Source: Arenicellales bacterium (lineage in GTDB: Bacteria; Pseudomonadota; Gammaproteobacteria; Arenicellales; JAJDZL01). Taken from it: DNA of 64,000 nt. The position numbers and the translations under genes were made by a program. The stretch is from assembly GCA_965214875.1 (NCBI GenBank), contig OZ243980.1, positions 1,102,190 to 1,166,189 on the forward strand, written 5' to 3'. This document shows, piece after piece, positions 9,961 through 21,417 of the stretch (positions are counted from its first letter, which is position 1; each line of letters starts with the position of its first letter). The notes under the pieces are model-generated. The model was given only the letters and a program-made list of their open reading frames with translations, made no database searches and was not told where the DNA came from.

Positions 9961-12570
9961 ATGGATATCTCTGAATTTGCAAAAGAAACAGTTCTTGCCG
10001 ACCTGGAAAAGGAGATGCGCGCCTCGTACCTCGACTACGCGATGAGCGTGATCGTTGGACGTGCGCTGCCGGATGTTCGAGACGGGTTGAAGCCGGTGCA
10101 TCGGCGGATTCTGTATGCGATGTCCGAGATGGGCAACGACTGGAACAAGCCTTATAAGAAATCGGCGCGCATTGTCGGTGATGTGATCGGTAAGTATCAC
10201 CCGCATGGAGACTCGGCGATCTACGATGCGATCGTTCGCATGGCGCAGGACTTTTCCTTGCGCTATCCGCTGATTGACGGTCAAGGCAACTTTGGGTCGG
10301 TAGACGGCGACTCGCCGGCCGCGATGCGGTACACGGAAATCAGGCTGTCGCGCATTGCCCATGAGCTGCTTGAGAACATCGACAACGAAACCATCGATTT
10401 CGGACCGAACTATGATGAGACGGAGCGGCAGCCTCTCGTCCTTCCCGCCCGCCTGCCCAATTTGCTGGTGAACGGGTCCGACGGCATCGCCGTCGGCATG
10501 GCGACAAAGATACCGCCGCACAATCTTTCCGAAGTCATTTCTGCGTGTCTAGCGCTGATCGACGACAGCAATCTGGGCCTTTCGGATTTGATGGAGTTCA
10601 TCGGGGGACCGGATTTTCCGACTGGAGCGATAATCAATGGACATGCGGGCATCATCGACGCATATCGCGACGGCCGCGGCTCCATTCGCATTCGAGCGAA
10701 GTCCGAAATTGTGCCCGGCGAGAAGTCGGAAGGCGACTGCATCGTCATCTCCGAACTTCCGTTTCAGGTCAACAAGGCTAGATTGATCGAGAAGATCGCT
10801 TCGCTGGTGCGGGAAAAGAAAGTCGAAGGCATCAGGAACCTTCGCGATGAATCAGACAAGTCTGGCATGAGAGTGGTGATTGCGCTTAAGTCTGATGCGG
10901 TCGCCGAAGTGGTATTGAACTATCTGTACATTCATACAAAGCTCGAAACGGCCTATGGAATCAACTTCGTTGCGCTTGCAAACAATCAGCCAAGACGGTT
11001 CTCTCTCAAAGATCTGCTTGGAGAATTTATCGAACATCGCCGCGAAGTCACCCGCAGGCGGTTGCTGTTCGAGCTTCGCAAGGCAAAGGCAAGAGCCCAT
11101 ATATTGGAAGGTCTAGCCATCGCCTTGTCCAACCTTGACGAAATCATCGCGGCCATTCGCCGTTCGGGCAATCGGCTAGAGGCGGTTGCAGCTCTTAAGG
11201 GAGCCATTTGGCCTCCGCATGATGTAAAAGGCATGCTAGGCGAAAACACGCAGCAGTACCGTCCAAGCGATATCCCTGCCGACACGCCGGGCTTTACCAT
11301 AGATGGCTACCTGCTTTCCGATGCTCAGGCGGCCGCGATCGTTGACATGCGACTTCATCGCTTGACAGGACTTGAGCGTCAGGCCACCATCGACGAGTTC
11401 AAGTCGATTCTAGAAAAGATCGAAACCAACATCAGACTGCTTAACTCGCCTCAAGAGTTCATGAATGTGATCAAGCAAGAACTTAAAGACTTGCGTGACC
11501 AGTTTGCAAAGAATGATGAGCGACGAACTCAGATAGTCGAAGAGCAGATCGGTGTCGAATACGAAGACATGATCAAGCGCGAGGATATGGTGGTGACCAT
11601 ATCTCACGAGGGTTATGCGAAGCGTCATCCTGTATCCGGCTATTCCGCGCAGATGCGCGGCGGCAAAGGCAGGATCGCCGCGACCAGCAAGGATGACGAT
11701 TTCATTAGCACCATGTTTGTAGCCAACACGCACAACACGCTGCTTTGCTTCACCAGTGCGGGGAAGGTTTTTCAGATCAAGGTGTATCAGTTGCAGCTGG
11801 CCGGACGCACGGCAAGAGGTCGGCCGCTGGTCAATCTGCTCCAGCTCGGCGAGAATGAAAAGGTTACGTCCGTTTTGCCGCTGGACGGATCTGAAGATGC
11901 CAAGTACATTGTCATGGCGACTCGAGCTGGGCGCATTAAGAAATGCGAATTGAAACGCTTTGCCAATGTGCGCTCCAATGGCTTGCGGGCCATTGAATTG
12001 CGCGACGAAGACAAGCTCGCCGGCGTGAGCATAACCGACGGAGAGGGCGATGTGATGCTGTTCAGCAATGCGGGGCGCGCCATCCGGTTTCCCGAATCAT
12101 CCGTGCGGTCCATGGGACGTACTGCACGCGGCGTCAAAGGCATGAAGCTTGAGTCGGGCCAGAAGATCATATCGATGATACTCGTCCCTAAAAACGATAA
12201 AGATTCAGTCGCATTGCTGATTAGTAGCGACGGCCTCGGCAAGCGCACCTGCATGTCGGATTTTCCGCAAAAAGGACGCGCCGGCAAAGGAGTTGTAACC
12301 TTGCCATCGAAAAAGCGGGGCAACACCGAAACCATGGGCGCTTTAATGGTGAGCGAAACCGACGAGCTGGTTTTGATTACTGACGGCGGCACGCTGATTC
12401 GCATGAAAGCGTCGAACATCTCAATAATCGGCCGCTCGGCTGCAGGTGTGCGACTGATGAGGCTGCACGAAGAAGAGGCTTTGGTCGGTGCGGCGATTGT
12501 GGTCAATGCCGAAGACGATTCGCGGCGCGATATCGAAGATCCCAATCCAGTGGATGATACTGCCGAATAG
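9961..12570 (+). CDS. gyrA: DNA gyrase subunit A
   Basis: [45 protein letters not shown], GyrA-box-like QMRGGKG. Confidence 0.99.
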   Translation: MDISEFAKETVLADLEKEMRASYLDYAMSVIVGRALPDVRDGLKPVHRRILYAMSEMGNDWNKPYKKSARIVGDVIGKYHPHGDSAIYDAIVRMAQDFSLRYPLIDGQGNFGSVDGDSPAAMRYTEIRLSRIAHELLENIDNETIDFGPNYDETERQPLVLPARLPNLLVNGSDGIAVGMATKIPPHNLSEVISACLALIDDSNLGLSDLMEFIGGPDFPTGAIINGHAGIIDAYRDGRGSIRIRAKSEIVPGEKSEGDCIVISELPFQVNKARLIEKIASLVREKKVEGIRNLRDESDKSGMRVVIALKSDAVAEVVLNYLYIHTKLETAYGINFVALANNQPRRFSLKDLLGEFIEHRREVTRRRLLFELRKAKARAHILEGLAIALSNLDEIIAAIRRSGNRLEAVAALKGAIWPPHDVKGMLGENTQQYRPSDIPADTPGFTIDGYLLSDAQAAAIVDMRLHRLTGLERQATIDEFKSILEKIETNIRLLNSPQEFMNVIKQELKDLRDQFAKNDERRTQIVEEQIGVEYEDMIKREDMVVTISHEGYAKRHPVSGYSAQMRGGKGRIAATSKDDDFISTMFVANTHNTLLCFTSAGKVFQIKVYQLQLAGRTARGRPLVNLLQLGENEKVTSVLPLDGSEDAKYIVMATRAGRIKKCELKRFANVRSNGLRAIELRDEDKLAGVSITDGEGDVMLFSNAGRAIRFPESSVRSMGRTARGVKGMKLESGQKIISMILVPKNDKDSVALLISSDGLGKRTCMSDFPQKGRAGKGVVTLPSKKRGNTETMGALMVSETDELVLITDGGTLIRMKASNISIIGRSAAGVRLMRLHEEEALVGAAIVVNAEDDSRRDIEDPNPVDDTAE

Positions 12571-12580
12571 AGAGCGGCCG

Positions 12581-13693
12581 ATGAGTGAACAAACCTCCGG
12601 CAGCTCGAAGCAAACAGAAGCTCTTGCATTGCTAAGAGACAAAATCGATCAGATCGATATCGAGTTGCAAACCTTGATCAACCGGCGGATTGAGATCGGC
12701 AAGGAAATTGCCGACATCAAGCGTCAATCGGGCGATTTGCCCAAGTTTTTGGTGCCTGAGCGCGAAGCGAAAATCTTGCGCGATGTTGCGCGAAGGAATG
12801 TTGGTGCGCCGCTTGAAACGGAGCGCATGATTCGGATTTTCGCTGAGCTGATTTCACTGACCAGGGCTGCTGAATCGGACATTGGCGTCGCATTGCTAGG
12901 ACCTGAGGGCACCTATACTCAGGAAGCGGCGATCAAGCATTTCGGCCATGCAATCGAGATTTCATACCAGTCGACCATTCTCGAAGTGTTTCGTGCGGTC
13001 GAAGCCGGCAGGGCGGCATTCGGCGTCGTTCCGGTCGAGAATTCTTCCGAAGGCATTGTGGCGAGCACGCTTGATTGCATCTCCGAGTCGTCCAGCCAGA
13101 TTTGCGGGGAAATAGACCTTAAGATCCATCACTCGCTACTAAGTTGCGGGGACGATTTGGAATCAATCGAAACAATTGTTGCTCATCCCCAGTCGATCGG
13201 GCAATGCCGGCGCTGGATTGCGAAGAACGCGCCGCATGCTGAAACCAAGACGGCGACCAGCAACGCGGAAGCTGCCCGGCGCATCATCGGCGATCCGAAA
13301 GCCGCCGCAATTGCCAGTGCCGCGGCCGCTGAAATCTACGATTTGAAGGTGTTGCGGGCCAACATTGAAGATCAGTCGGGCAACACGACGCGATTTTTGA
13401 TCATAGGCAACATCGAAACCAAGTCGACCGGCGGCGACAAGACAAGCATTCTGATATCTCGGCAAAATCGGCCAGGTTCGCTGCTTGAGTTGCTCAAGCC
13501 ATTTGCCGAGCATGGCATCAGCATGACCAAGATCGAGTCGCGTCCGAGCAGGGCTTCCCTTTGGGACTATGTGTTCTTTATCGACTTTGAAGGGCATACC
13601 GAAGATGACAATGTCGTTGCGCTGTTGCAGGAACTGAGGAGCATAGCGACCCTGTTCAAGTTGCTGGGCTCATATCCTAAGTTTTCGCACTGA
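12581..13693 (+). CDS. pheA: Chorismate mutase/prephenate dehydratase (P-protein)
   Basis: LRDKIDQID chorismate mutase domain, LGPEGTY, PVENSSEG, NTTRF, SMTKIESRP. ATG at 12581. Confidence 0.97.
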   Translation: MSEQTSGSSKQTEALALLRDKIDQIDIELQTLINRRIEIGKEIADIKRQSGDLPKFLVPEREAKILRDVARRNVGAPLETERMIRIFAELISLTRAAESDIGVALLGPEGTYTQEAAIKHFGHAIEISYQSTILEVFRAVEAGRAAFGVVPVENSSEGIVASTLDCISESSSQICGEIDLKIHHSLLSCGDDLESIETIVAHPQSIGQCRRWIAKNAPHAETKTATSNAEAARRIIGDPKAAAIASAAAAEIYDLKVLRANIEDQSGNTTRFLIIGNIETKSTGGDKTSILISRQNRPGSLLELLKPFAEHGISMTKIESRPSRASLWDYVFFIDFEGHTEDDNVVALLQELRSIATLFKLLGSYPKFSH

Positions 13694-13696
13694 TTG

Positions 13697-14806
13697 ATGT
13701 CCGCACCGTTTGATCCGTATTCGTCGGCGATTCCAGGCATCGCTGCGCTTGCTCCGTACAACCCGGGTATGCCGGTAGATGAGCTAGAGCGCAACTATGG
13801 CATTTCCGACTCGATCAAGCTGGCATCAAATGAAAACCCTTTGGGCCCGTCGCCGATGGCAGTTCAAGCCATTCGCGATCGTTCCGCCGATGTCGGATCC
13901 TATCCTGACGGAAACGGCTGGCGGCTCAAGAATGCACTCGCAACCAGGCACGGCATTTCGATGGATCAGATCACTTTGGGCAACGGCTCGAACGAAGTGC
14001 TCGAACTGATCGCCCGCACATTTGTGCGACCCGGGGACAAGGGGGTCATTTCGCAATATGCATTCATTGTCTACTACTTGGCTCTGGTATGTACGCAAGC
14101 GACCATCAAAGTAGTGGAAGCGCGCCATTATGGCCATGACATTGAAGCAATGGCTGATGAAGTCGACGAACAGACCCGGATCGTGTACATCGCTAATCCG
14201 AACAATCCGACTGGAACCTTGGCCAGCTCGAGCGAACTGCGAGCGGTTCTAGATCTCATTTCACCGAACGTGGTGGTCGTGGTTGACGAAGCCTATGCGG
14301 AGTATGTCGAGGGGCAGGACTACCCGGATTGCACGCAGTGGTTAGCGGACTATCCAAATTTGATCGTGACACGCACGTTTTCTAAAATTTACGGACTTGC
14401 TGGACTTCGGGTGGGCTATGCGGTGTCGAGTCCGCAAATTGCAGATTTGCTTAATCGGGTTCGCGCACCGTTTAACGTGAACACTCTGGCGGCAGACGCA
14501 GCGGTTGCGTCTTTGCTGGATGATGAACACGTTGTTCGCAGCAGACAGCTCAATACGACGCAGCTGGCCAGGTTGAAGCGGGAATTCTCAGAAATGGGAT
14601 ATGGGCATATTGACTCGGTTGGCAACTTCATTTCAGTCGATTTTGGGGCATCGGCAAACGAAGCTTACGAAAATCTGTTGCAGCGCGGCATTATCGTTCG
14701 CCCGCTGGCTGGCGGCTACGAGATGCCGAATCATCTGCGCGTGACCGTCGGCACAGAGTCGCAAAACGATCGGATGCTAGATGCGGTTCGCGCATTGGCG
14801 CCATAG
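13697..14806 (+). CDS. hisC: Histidinol-phosphate aminotransferase
   Basis: KLASNENPLGPSP, NPNNPTG, DEAY, RTFSKIYGLAGLRVGY. Confidence 0.97.
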   Translation: MSAPFDPYSSAIPGIAALAPYNPGMPVDELERNYGISDSIKLASNENPLGPSPMAVQAIRDRSADVGSYPDGNGWRLKNALATRHGISMDQITLGNGSNEVLELIARTFVRPGDKGVISQYAFIVYYLALVCTQATIKVVEARHYGHDIEAMADEVDEQTRIVYIANPNNPTGTLASSSELRAVLDLISPNVVVVVDEAYAEYVEGQDYPDCTQWLADYPNLIVTRTFSKIYGLAGLRVGYAVSSPQIADLLNRVRAPFNVNTLAADAAVASLLDDEHVVRSRQLNTTQLARLKREFSEMGYGHIDSVGNFISVDFGASANEAYENLLQRGIIVRPLAGGYEMPNHLRVTVGTESQNDRMLDAVRALAP

Positions 14807-14821
14807 TCTGACGATTGAACA

Positions 14822-15697
14822 GTGTTCACAGCGAGCAAGATTACCATCGTCGGAGTCGGATTGATCGGCGGCTCGCTTGCGCTGGGTTTAAGGCAGAATG
14901 CCGAGATTGGGGAGATTGTCGGCGTGAGCCGAACCGAGGCGACGCTAAAGAGCGCTTTATCGCTCAAAGTGATTGATCGGGCGGCTCGCGATGTGGCGGC
15001 TGAAGTCGCAGATTCAGATATCGTTGTCGTGGCGGTGCCGGTTCAAGCGACGGATCAAGTGTTCGCGCAAATCGCATCAGCCGATTGCTCAGGCACCATC
15101 ATCACCGATGTCGGGAGCGTGAAAGGCGGCGTTGTCGAATTGGCAAAGCGCCATTTCGGTTCGGACTATGGCAATTTTGTCGCTGCACATCCGATTGCCG
15201 GCACGGAGAATTCAGGGGTGGCCGCAGCATTTGGTGAACTGTTTGTCGATCGCTACACGATTATCGTTGCCGAACAGGCAACGGATGAACACGCTGCAGC
15301 GGTTGTTCGCGCCATGTGGGAAAGCGTGGGTTCGTCCGTCCGGCAAATGGACAGCGATGAGCACGATGCGATTCTCTCATGCGCGAGCCATCTCCCGCAT
15401 CTTCTCGCTTTCTCGCTGGTTCACTTCATCGACAGCTTGTCGATCGGCCAGAAATGTTTCGAGTATGCGGCGGGCGGATTTTACGATTTTACCCGCATCG
15501 CATCAAGCGATGCCAGCATGTGGCGCGACATCTGCGCTATGAACGCGGATAAGATAACGCAACATCTAGATGAGTACATCGACCACCTTGCCGGTCTTAG
15601 CGACTGCATTCGACATGATCGAACTGAAGAGATTCATCAAGTTTTCAGCGATGCAAAACGTTCGCGCAGCAGGTGGCTTGAGAAAAAGCGCAGTTAG
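14822..15697 (+). CDS. tyrA: Prephenate/arogenate dehydrogenase
   Basis: GVGLIGGS, TDVGSVKG, HPIAGTE, SHLPH, DFTRIA. Confidence 0.95.
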   Translation: MFTASKITIVGVGLIGGSLALGLRQNAEIGEIVGVSRTEATLKSALSLKVIDRAARDVAAEVADSDIVVVAVPVQATDQVFAQIASADCSGTIITDVGSVKGGVVELAKRHFGSDYGNFVAAHPIAGTENSGVAAAFGELFVDRYTIIVAEQATDEHAAAVVRAMWESVGSSVRQMDSDEHDAILSCASHLPHLLAFSLVHFIDSLSIGQKCFEYAAGGFYDFTRIASSDASMWRDICAMNADKITQHLDEYIDHLAGLSDCIRHDRTEEIHQVFSDAKRSRSRWLEKKRS

Positions 15698-15720
15698 CGT
15701 TTAAGCGCATCGATACGCCG

Positions 15721-17058
15721 ATGACAAGCAGCTCGAATGAATTGATAAACTTCCGCATACGTCCGGGCGGCTCTATTCAAGGCGTATTGCGGGTGCCCGG
15801 GGACAAGTCTATATCGCACCGATCGGTGCTGCTTGGTTCGCTTGCCCATGGGCGCACGCGCATCAAGGGCCTTTTGCGCGGAGACGATGTTGTTTCTACG
15901 ATGAGGGCATTTCGGACGTGCGGGATCGAAATTTGCGACGAAACCGGTATAGTCACAATAGATGGACGCGGCTTGCATGGCTTGCAGGCTCCGAAAGCAT
16001 CCATTGATTGCGGCAATTCCGGCACTGCCATGCGCCTGCTGGCCGGTGTTTTTGCCGGCCAGCTATTTGCAAGCGAACTGATTGGCGATGCATCGCTGTC
16101 GCAGCGTCCTATGCGGCGCATTGCCGAGCCTCTGGCGAGCATGGGAGCGAGGGTGCTGACATCGGATGACGGCACGCCGCCGCTGAAGATATCGCCGTCG
16201 CAGAACTTAAGTTCGATTAAATGGCGCATGAATGTTGCAAGCGCACAGGTAAAGTCGGCAATATTGCTGGCGGGACTTTACACGAACGGAACAACGGGTG
16301 TTTTTGAAACAGTAAAAACACGCGACCATACCGAGCGGATGCTTGTACAGTTCGGCGCCGCGGTCGCGCAAGACGGGGGATGGGTCCGGGTAACCGGAGG
16401 GGATGTTCTTCAGGCGACCGAAGTCGAAGTGCCGGGGGATATTTCGTCTGCCGCATTTTTTATCGTCGGAGCACTGCTTGACGCGCAATCCGATCTGATC
16501 ATCAAGTCGGTCGGCATCAATCCGACACGAACCGGATTGCTTGACGCGCTGAAGATGATGGGCGGTGCGATCGAAGTGGGTAACCAGCGAACTTTTGGCA
16601 ACGAGCAGGTCGCCGATTTGCGAGTTCTCGGAAAAGGAGTGCTTCGCGGAATCGACGTGCCGGCAAGCCTGATTCCCTGCATGATCGATGAAATTCCCAT
16701 TCTAGCCGTTGCCGCGGCTTTCGCCGATGGTGTCACCAGGCTTGCCGGCTGCGAGGAGTTGCGCGTCAAGGAAAGCGACCGCATCGCTTCAGTGGCGGCT
16801 GGGTTGCGAAGCCTTGATGTCAGTGTTGAAGAAAAGCCCGATGGATTGGTGATCGAAGGCGGCAAGGTCGGTGGCGGGGCAGTGCAAAGCTTCGGCGACC
16901 ATCGGATCGCTATGGCGTTTTCGATCGCCGGCTCTCGGGCAGCCGGCGACGTGTTGGTTCATGATTGCGCATGCGTGTCGACATCGTTTCCGGGGTTTGT
17001 CGAACTGGCCACACAAGCAGGTGTCGAGCTGGTCCAGTCCCAAGGTGATCGCGTTTGA
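15721..17058 (+). CDS. aroA: EPSP synthase
   Basis: PGDKSISHR, GNSGTAMRL, SAQVKSA, ELRVKESDRI, DHRIAM. Confidence 0.98.
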   Translation: MTSSSNELINFRIRPGGSIQGVLRVPGDKSISHRSVLLGSLAHGRTRIKGLLRGDDVVSTMRAFRTCGIEICDETGIVTIDGRGLHGLQAPKASIDCGNSGTAMRLLAGVFAGQLFASELIGDASLSQRPMRRIAEPLASMGARVLTSDDGTPPLKISPSQNLSSIKWRMNVASAQVKSAILLAGLYTNGTTGVFETVKTRDHTERMLVQFGAAVAQDGGWVRVTGGDVLQATEVEVPGDISSAAFFIVGALLDAQSDLIIKSVGINPTRTGLLDALKMMGGAIEVGNQRTFGNEQVADLRVLGKGVLRGIDVPASLIPCMIDEIPILAVAAAFADGVTRLAGCEELRVKESDRIASVAAGLRSLDVSVEEKPDGLVIEGGKVGGGAVQSFGDHRIAMAFSIAGSRAAGDVLVHDCACVSTSFPGFVELATQAGVELVQSQGDRV

Positions 17059-17732
17059 ACAAGATTGTCGCGCCAGTTGTAACGCTTGACGGGCCTGCCG
17101 GATCTGGCAAAGGCGCAGTCGGGCAGCGACTTGCGATTGCCTTAGGTTGGCATTTTCTAGATAGCGGAGCGCTCTACCGCGCGTGCGCCTATGTGGTCAA
17201 GCAAGATCAAGTCGATCCGAACGTAGCGGTCAAGCGGCTTTGCGCATCTGCCTTTGCAACAATGCCCGACTTGGACAACGGTGATTCAAGGGTTTTGCTT
17301 GATGGTGTGGACATTACATCTGAGGTGCGCACATCCGGCTATGGAGAATCGGCTTCAAAGCTTGCCGCCAAGCAAGAATTGCGGACTGGGTTGCTCGAGA
17401 TTCAGCGCAATATGCGTCGCTTGCCCGGGTTGATCGCTGATGGCCGCGATATGGGCACTATGGTGTTTCCTGATGCGGTTATGAAGGTCTATTTGTCCGC
17501 GGATTTGCAAGTCAGGGCGCAACGCAAGCACGAACAGTTGAAACAAATGGGCAACTATGTTAAATTGGAGGGTCTTTATCAAGAAATGAAAAATCGGGAT
17601 AGTCGCGACTCGACCCGTGTGCATGCGCCTTTATCGGTTCCTGCCGGCGCTTTCACGCTTGACACCACGCACATGACTTTGGAGCAAGTCGTGAGAACGA
17701 TTGCTAACAGGGTTTCGTCCGCATTAGCCTGA
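17055..17732 (+). CDS. cmk: Cytidylate kinase
   Basis: DGPAGSGKG, LDSGALYR, DGRDMGT. Confidence 0.97.
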   Translation: MNKIVAPVVTLDGPAGSGKGAVGQRLAIALGWHFLDSGALYRACAYVVKQDQVDPNVAVKRLCASAFATMPDLDNGDSRVLLDGVDITSEVRTSGYGESASKLAAKQELRTGLLEIQRNMRRLPGLIADGRDMGTMVFPDAVMKVYLSADLQVRAQRKHEQLKQMGNYVKLEGLYQEMKNRDSRDSTRVHAPLSVPAGAFTLDTTHMTLEQVVRTIANRVSSALA

Positions 17733-17808
17733 TGATTTCTAATTGCCGTGAGGTGCAAGACACATTGAACACTATAGAACCATCACACATTTCGGTAGCC
17801 AAATTGAT

Positions 17809-19497
17809 ATGACAGAGACATTTGCCGAACTATTTGAGAGTTCCGTTAAGGATGCGGAAATGCGGCCGGGGATGATAATTCTCGGAGAAGTTATTGAAAT
17901 TGGTAAGGAAACGGTCATCGTTAGTGCCGGTTTGAAATCCGAAGCCGAAATTCCTTTATGGCAATTCAAGGACATGAAAGGCGAGTTGTCCATCCAGGTA
18001 GGCGAAGAGGTCGAAGTCGAAATCGAAGCGCTTGAAGATGGTCATGGACGCACCCGCCTATCGCGCGAGAAAGCGTGCCGCGCCAGAGCGTGGGAAGAAA
18101 TCGAAGCCGCATTTGCGGAGCAGACCATTGTTGAAGGGGTCATCACCGCCAGAATCAAAGGCGGTTTCACGGTGTCGGTTAAGGGTATACGAGCTTTCTT
18201 GCCCGGATCGCTTTACGGAATTCGCGCAGTGACCGAAGCAGATGAAGAGTTCCAATTCGAAAAAGGTCCGCTTGAGTTCAAGGTGATCAAGATGGATCGG
18301 GCGCGCAACAATGTGGTTGTGTCTCGTCGTGCTGCGCTTGAAAAAGAATTGAATGAGCAGCGAGAAGCGCTGCTATCCACCCTTGAAGAGGGGCAGGTGG
18401 TAGAAGGCATGGTCAAGAACCTGACCGACTACGGCGTGTTTGTAAACCTTGGCGGCATTGACGGACTATTGCATATCACCGATCTTGCCTGGCGGCGAGT
18501 CAAGCACCCGTCCGACGTGGTTTCGGTTGGCGAGACGCTTTCGGTGAAGGTGCTGAAGTTTGAACGGGACAAGTCGAGAATTTCTCTTGGCCTCAAGCAG
18601 CTGACCGAGGACCCTTGGCTCAACGTGCAACGCCGCTATAAAGTGGGTTCGCGGGTTATAGGCGTGGTGACCAGTGCAGTGGACTACGGCATATTCGTCG
18701 AATTGGAAGAAGGGGTTCGTGGACTGGCGCACGTGTCGCAGCTAGATTGGACTTCCCGCAATGTTCACCCTCCGCAAGTCTACAACGTTGGCGATGAGGT
18801 GGAGGTGATGGTGCTTGAGGTAGACGTTGTCCGCCATCGCATTTCTCTAGGAGTCAAGCAATGCTTGCCGAATCCGTGGACCGAGTTTGCGGCAGCGCAC
18901 AAGCCCGGCGATCACATTGTCGGCGAAATCAAGTCGGTCACAGACTTCGGCATTTTCGTATCGCTGGAAAACAATATCGACGGGCTCGTTCATATCAATG
19001 ACCTTGACTGGTACAAGGACGGTGAAGAAGTCATCCAGCAGTATAGCAAGGGCGAGGAAGTCGAAGTCGTTGTGCTCGCGATCGATGCGGGAAGGGAACG
19101 AATCTCGATCGGCATCAAGCAGGTCTCAGGTGATCCCTACCTGGAGTTTGTCGGTATCCACAGCAAGGGGTCGGTGGTTGATGGCGTTGTTGCAAGCATT
19201 GACAAAAAGGGTGTTCACGTGCGGCTTGGAGATGGTGTGACGGGTATCATTCGTCCGTCCGAGTTATCCAAAGACTCTTCAGAACAATTCGCTGAAGGTT
19301 CCGAAGTAACTGCGAAGATCATGAGCATAGAGCGCAAGTCGCGAAAGATTTTCTTGTCAGTGAAAGTTCTCGAAGTCGAGCGCGAGCGGCAGGAAATTGA
19401 GGTGTATTCTAAAGAAAGCGATGTGCCGATGCGAACCTCGCTGGCAACAGAGATCGAGGAAAATCAGATCAAGGAAAAGATTCGATCTGAATCATAG
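17809..19497 (+). CDS. rpsA: 30S ribosomal protein S1
   Basis: Repeated S1 domains (GMVKNLTDYGVFV, DGLLHITD); follows cmk. Confidence 0.98.
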   Translation: MTETFAELFESSVKDAEMRPGMIILGEVIEIGKETVIVSAGLKSEAEIPLWQFKDMKGELSIQVGEEVEVEIEALEDGHGRTRLSREKACRARAWEEIEAAFAEQTIVEGVITARIKGGFTVSVKGIRAFLPGSLYGIRAVTEADEEFQFEKGPLEFKVIKMDRARNNVVVSRRAALEKELNEQREALLSTLEEGQVVEGMVKNLTDYGVFVNLGGIDGLLHITDLAWRRVKHPSDVVSVGETLSVKVLKFERDKSRISLGLKQLTEDPWLNVQRRYKVGSRVIGVVTSAVDYGIFVELEEGVRGLAHVSQLDWTSRNVHPPQVYNVGDEVEVMVLEVDVVRHRISLGVKQCLPNPWTEFAAAHKPGDHIVGEIKSVTDFGIFVSLENNIDGLVHINDLDWYKDGEEVIQQYSKGEEVEVVVLAIDAGRERISIGIKQVSGDPYLEFVGIHSKGSVVDGVVASIDKKGVHVRLGDGVTGIIRPSELSKDSSEQFAEGSEVTAKIMSIERKSRKIFLSVKVLEVERERQEIEVYSKESDVPMRTSLATEIEENQIKEKIRSES

Positions 19498-19530
19498 CAA
19501 GTTCCCACAAGCATCGTTTGGTATGTGCTT

Positions 19531-19821
19531 ATGACTAGACAAGAGCTGATCCAAAAACTGACAGAGAACGATTTGGAGCTGGAATTCGAAGATTCCACTT
19601 TGGTTGTCAGCGCCATTCTTGATACGATGGCCGATGGCTTGGCTGAAGGGAAAAGGATTGAGATTCGTGGTTTCGGAAGCATGTCGCTTCGATATCGTGC
19701 GCCTCGAATCGGTCGCAACCCGAAGACTGGCGATTCCGTTGAAGTGCCTGGAAAGTATTTTCCACACTTCAAGCCTGGACGCAGGCTGCGGGAGCGAGTT
19801 GATTCTGTATTCAGCGAGTAG
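19531..19821 (+). CDS. ihfB: Integration host factor beta
   Basis: RIEIRGFGS, GRNPKTG, PHFKPG; follows rpsA. Confidence 0.96.
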   Translation: MTRQELIQKLTENDLELEFEDSTLVVSAILDTMADGLAEGKRIEIRGFGSMSLRYRAPRIGRNPKTGDSVEVPGKYFPHFKPGRRLRERVDSVFSE

Positions 19822-19896
19822 CATTTTTTTACAATATTGCAATAGGTCGCAAGTGCCTGTCGCACTTGCCTAGGTGGTTGCCGTTTTGAACAGTGG

Positions 19897-20154
19897 TTGT
19901 TGCTAGTGAAACGGATTTCGATCATTGTCTTGCTATTGCTCGCTCTTGTTGTGGGAGTGACATTCACGCTGAAGAACGCGCACTTGGTAGCAGTCAACTA
20001 CTACTTTGGACTAGCGTGGGAAGGTCCGCTGTCATGGCTGCTTATTATCACCTTTTTGATTGGCATTTTCTGCGGCATCGTGGCAACGCTGCTGTCATCG
20101 CTAAAGCGCAAAGTTTTTACCTCGACAAAACACGTTAAGGAAGCGCGGACTTAA
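19897..20154 (+). CDS. lapA: LPS assembly protein A
   Basis: Two transmembrane segments with N..VAVNYYFG; lies between ihfB and lapB. Confidence 0.85.
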   Translation: MLLVKRISIIVLLLLALVVGVTFTLKNAHLVAVNYYFGLAWEGPLSWLLIITFLIGIFCGIVATLLSSLKRKVFTSTKHVKEART

Positions 20155-20158
20155 CGCC

Positions 20159-21358
20159 ATGGACCCGGTCTGGTTGCTGATTCTGCTGCCTGCAGCTGCC
20201 GCTTCGGGCTGGCTGGCTGCTAGAGCGGCCAGCTTTCGCAGGACTGAGCGCGACCACTTGTCTTCGGTCTATCTTCGCGGCATCAACTTTCTGATCAATG
20301 ATCAGCATGACAAGGCCATTGAAATGTTTCTCGGAATGCTGGAAGCGGATTCCGAAACCATCGAAATCCATCTTGCGCTGGGCAGCTTGTTTCGACGGCG
20401 CGGCGAAATTGCGCGTGCGACGCGAATCCACGAAAATCTGATCGTTCGAAACGATTTGACTGGTGAGCAGCGCATGCAAGCGCTGTTCGAGCTTGGGCAG
20501 GACTACTACGTCGCTGGCCTGTTTGATCGCGCGGAACGCTTTTTTGGCGATTTGAAGCGTGACTCTAAACATCGCGAGCCGGCATTGGAGTACTTGCGAT
20601 GCATCTATGAGCAGGAAAAAGAGTGGGGCAGCTGCATCGATGTAACCCGCACATTGAATCGAATTTCATCTCAAGGCTACCATTCCATTCTTTCGCAATA
20701 TCACTGCGAGCTTGCCGAAGTCGCCATTACCGAAGGACGTTACGAAGAAGCGGAGAAGTATATCGAAGATGCAATAAAGATCGATCGCAACTGCATCCGG
20801 GCAATTTTGCAGTCTGGGCGTCTGAAGGTTATTCATGGAGATCACCAAAGTGCAGTCGACACATGGCGAATGATCGAACACAAACAGCCGCAATACGTTT
20901 CTGAAATTGTAGGATTGGTGACCGCTAGCTATCGGACTTTGGGTCGGTCTGAAGAGCTCGAAGAATTCTTGCGGATGAATGCCGAGCTGATAAATGACGC
21001 TCAGCTTGCGATCGCCTATGTGGATGCTTTGGAATCGCGTCAAGGCAGAGAGCCTGCCGAACGATTTTTGACTGACTGGATCAGGCGCAATCCGTCGCTG
21101 CAGAGTCTGCATCGGCTCATTTTGCTGAAACTGAGAGGCAATGCGCACGACTCTTCCAATCAGCAGGACTTTCAGTTGCTCGAAAAGATGATTGGTCGAG
21201 CCATTGAGGCTGACATCCGCTATGAGTGTCAGCGATGCGGATTCACCGTTCGCAATTTGCACTGGCAGTGCCCTGGTTGCAGGAGCTGGAACACGATCCA
21301 ATGCATCAAGCACAGGGAACTGGCCAGCGACAGCGTGGCTCTTGAAGCGGAAATGTGA
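20159..21358 (+). CDS. lapB: LPS assembly protein B
   Basis: N-terminal TM, TPR repeats, C-terminal CxxC..WQCPGC rubredoxin motif. Confidence 0.96.
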   Translation: MDPVWLLILLPAAAASGWLAARAASFRRTERDHLSSVYLRGINFLINDQHDKAIEMFLGMLEADSETIEIHLALGSLFRRRGEIARATRIHENLIVRNDLTGEQRMQALFELGQDYYVAGLFDRAERFFGDLKRDSKHREPALEYLRCIYEQEKEWGSCIDVTRTLNRISSQGYHSILSQYHCELAEVAITEGRYEEAEKYIEDAIKIDRNCIRAILQSGRLKVIHGDHQSAVDTWRMIEHKQPQYVSEIVGLVTASYRTLGRSEELEEFLRMNAELINDAQLAIAYVDALESRQGREPAERFLTDWIRRNPSLQSLHRLILLKLRGNAHDSSNQQDFQLLEKMIGRAIEADIRYECQRCGFTVRNLHWQCPGCRSWNTIQCIKHRELASDSVALEAEM

Positions 21359-21417
21359 GCAATTCACGACTGACGCGCGCCTTTGCCGAACATCCTCCAA
21401 TTTGACCCGCGCAACAC

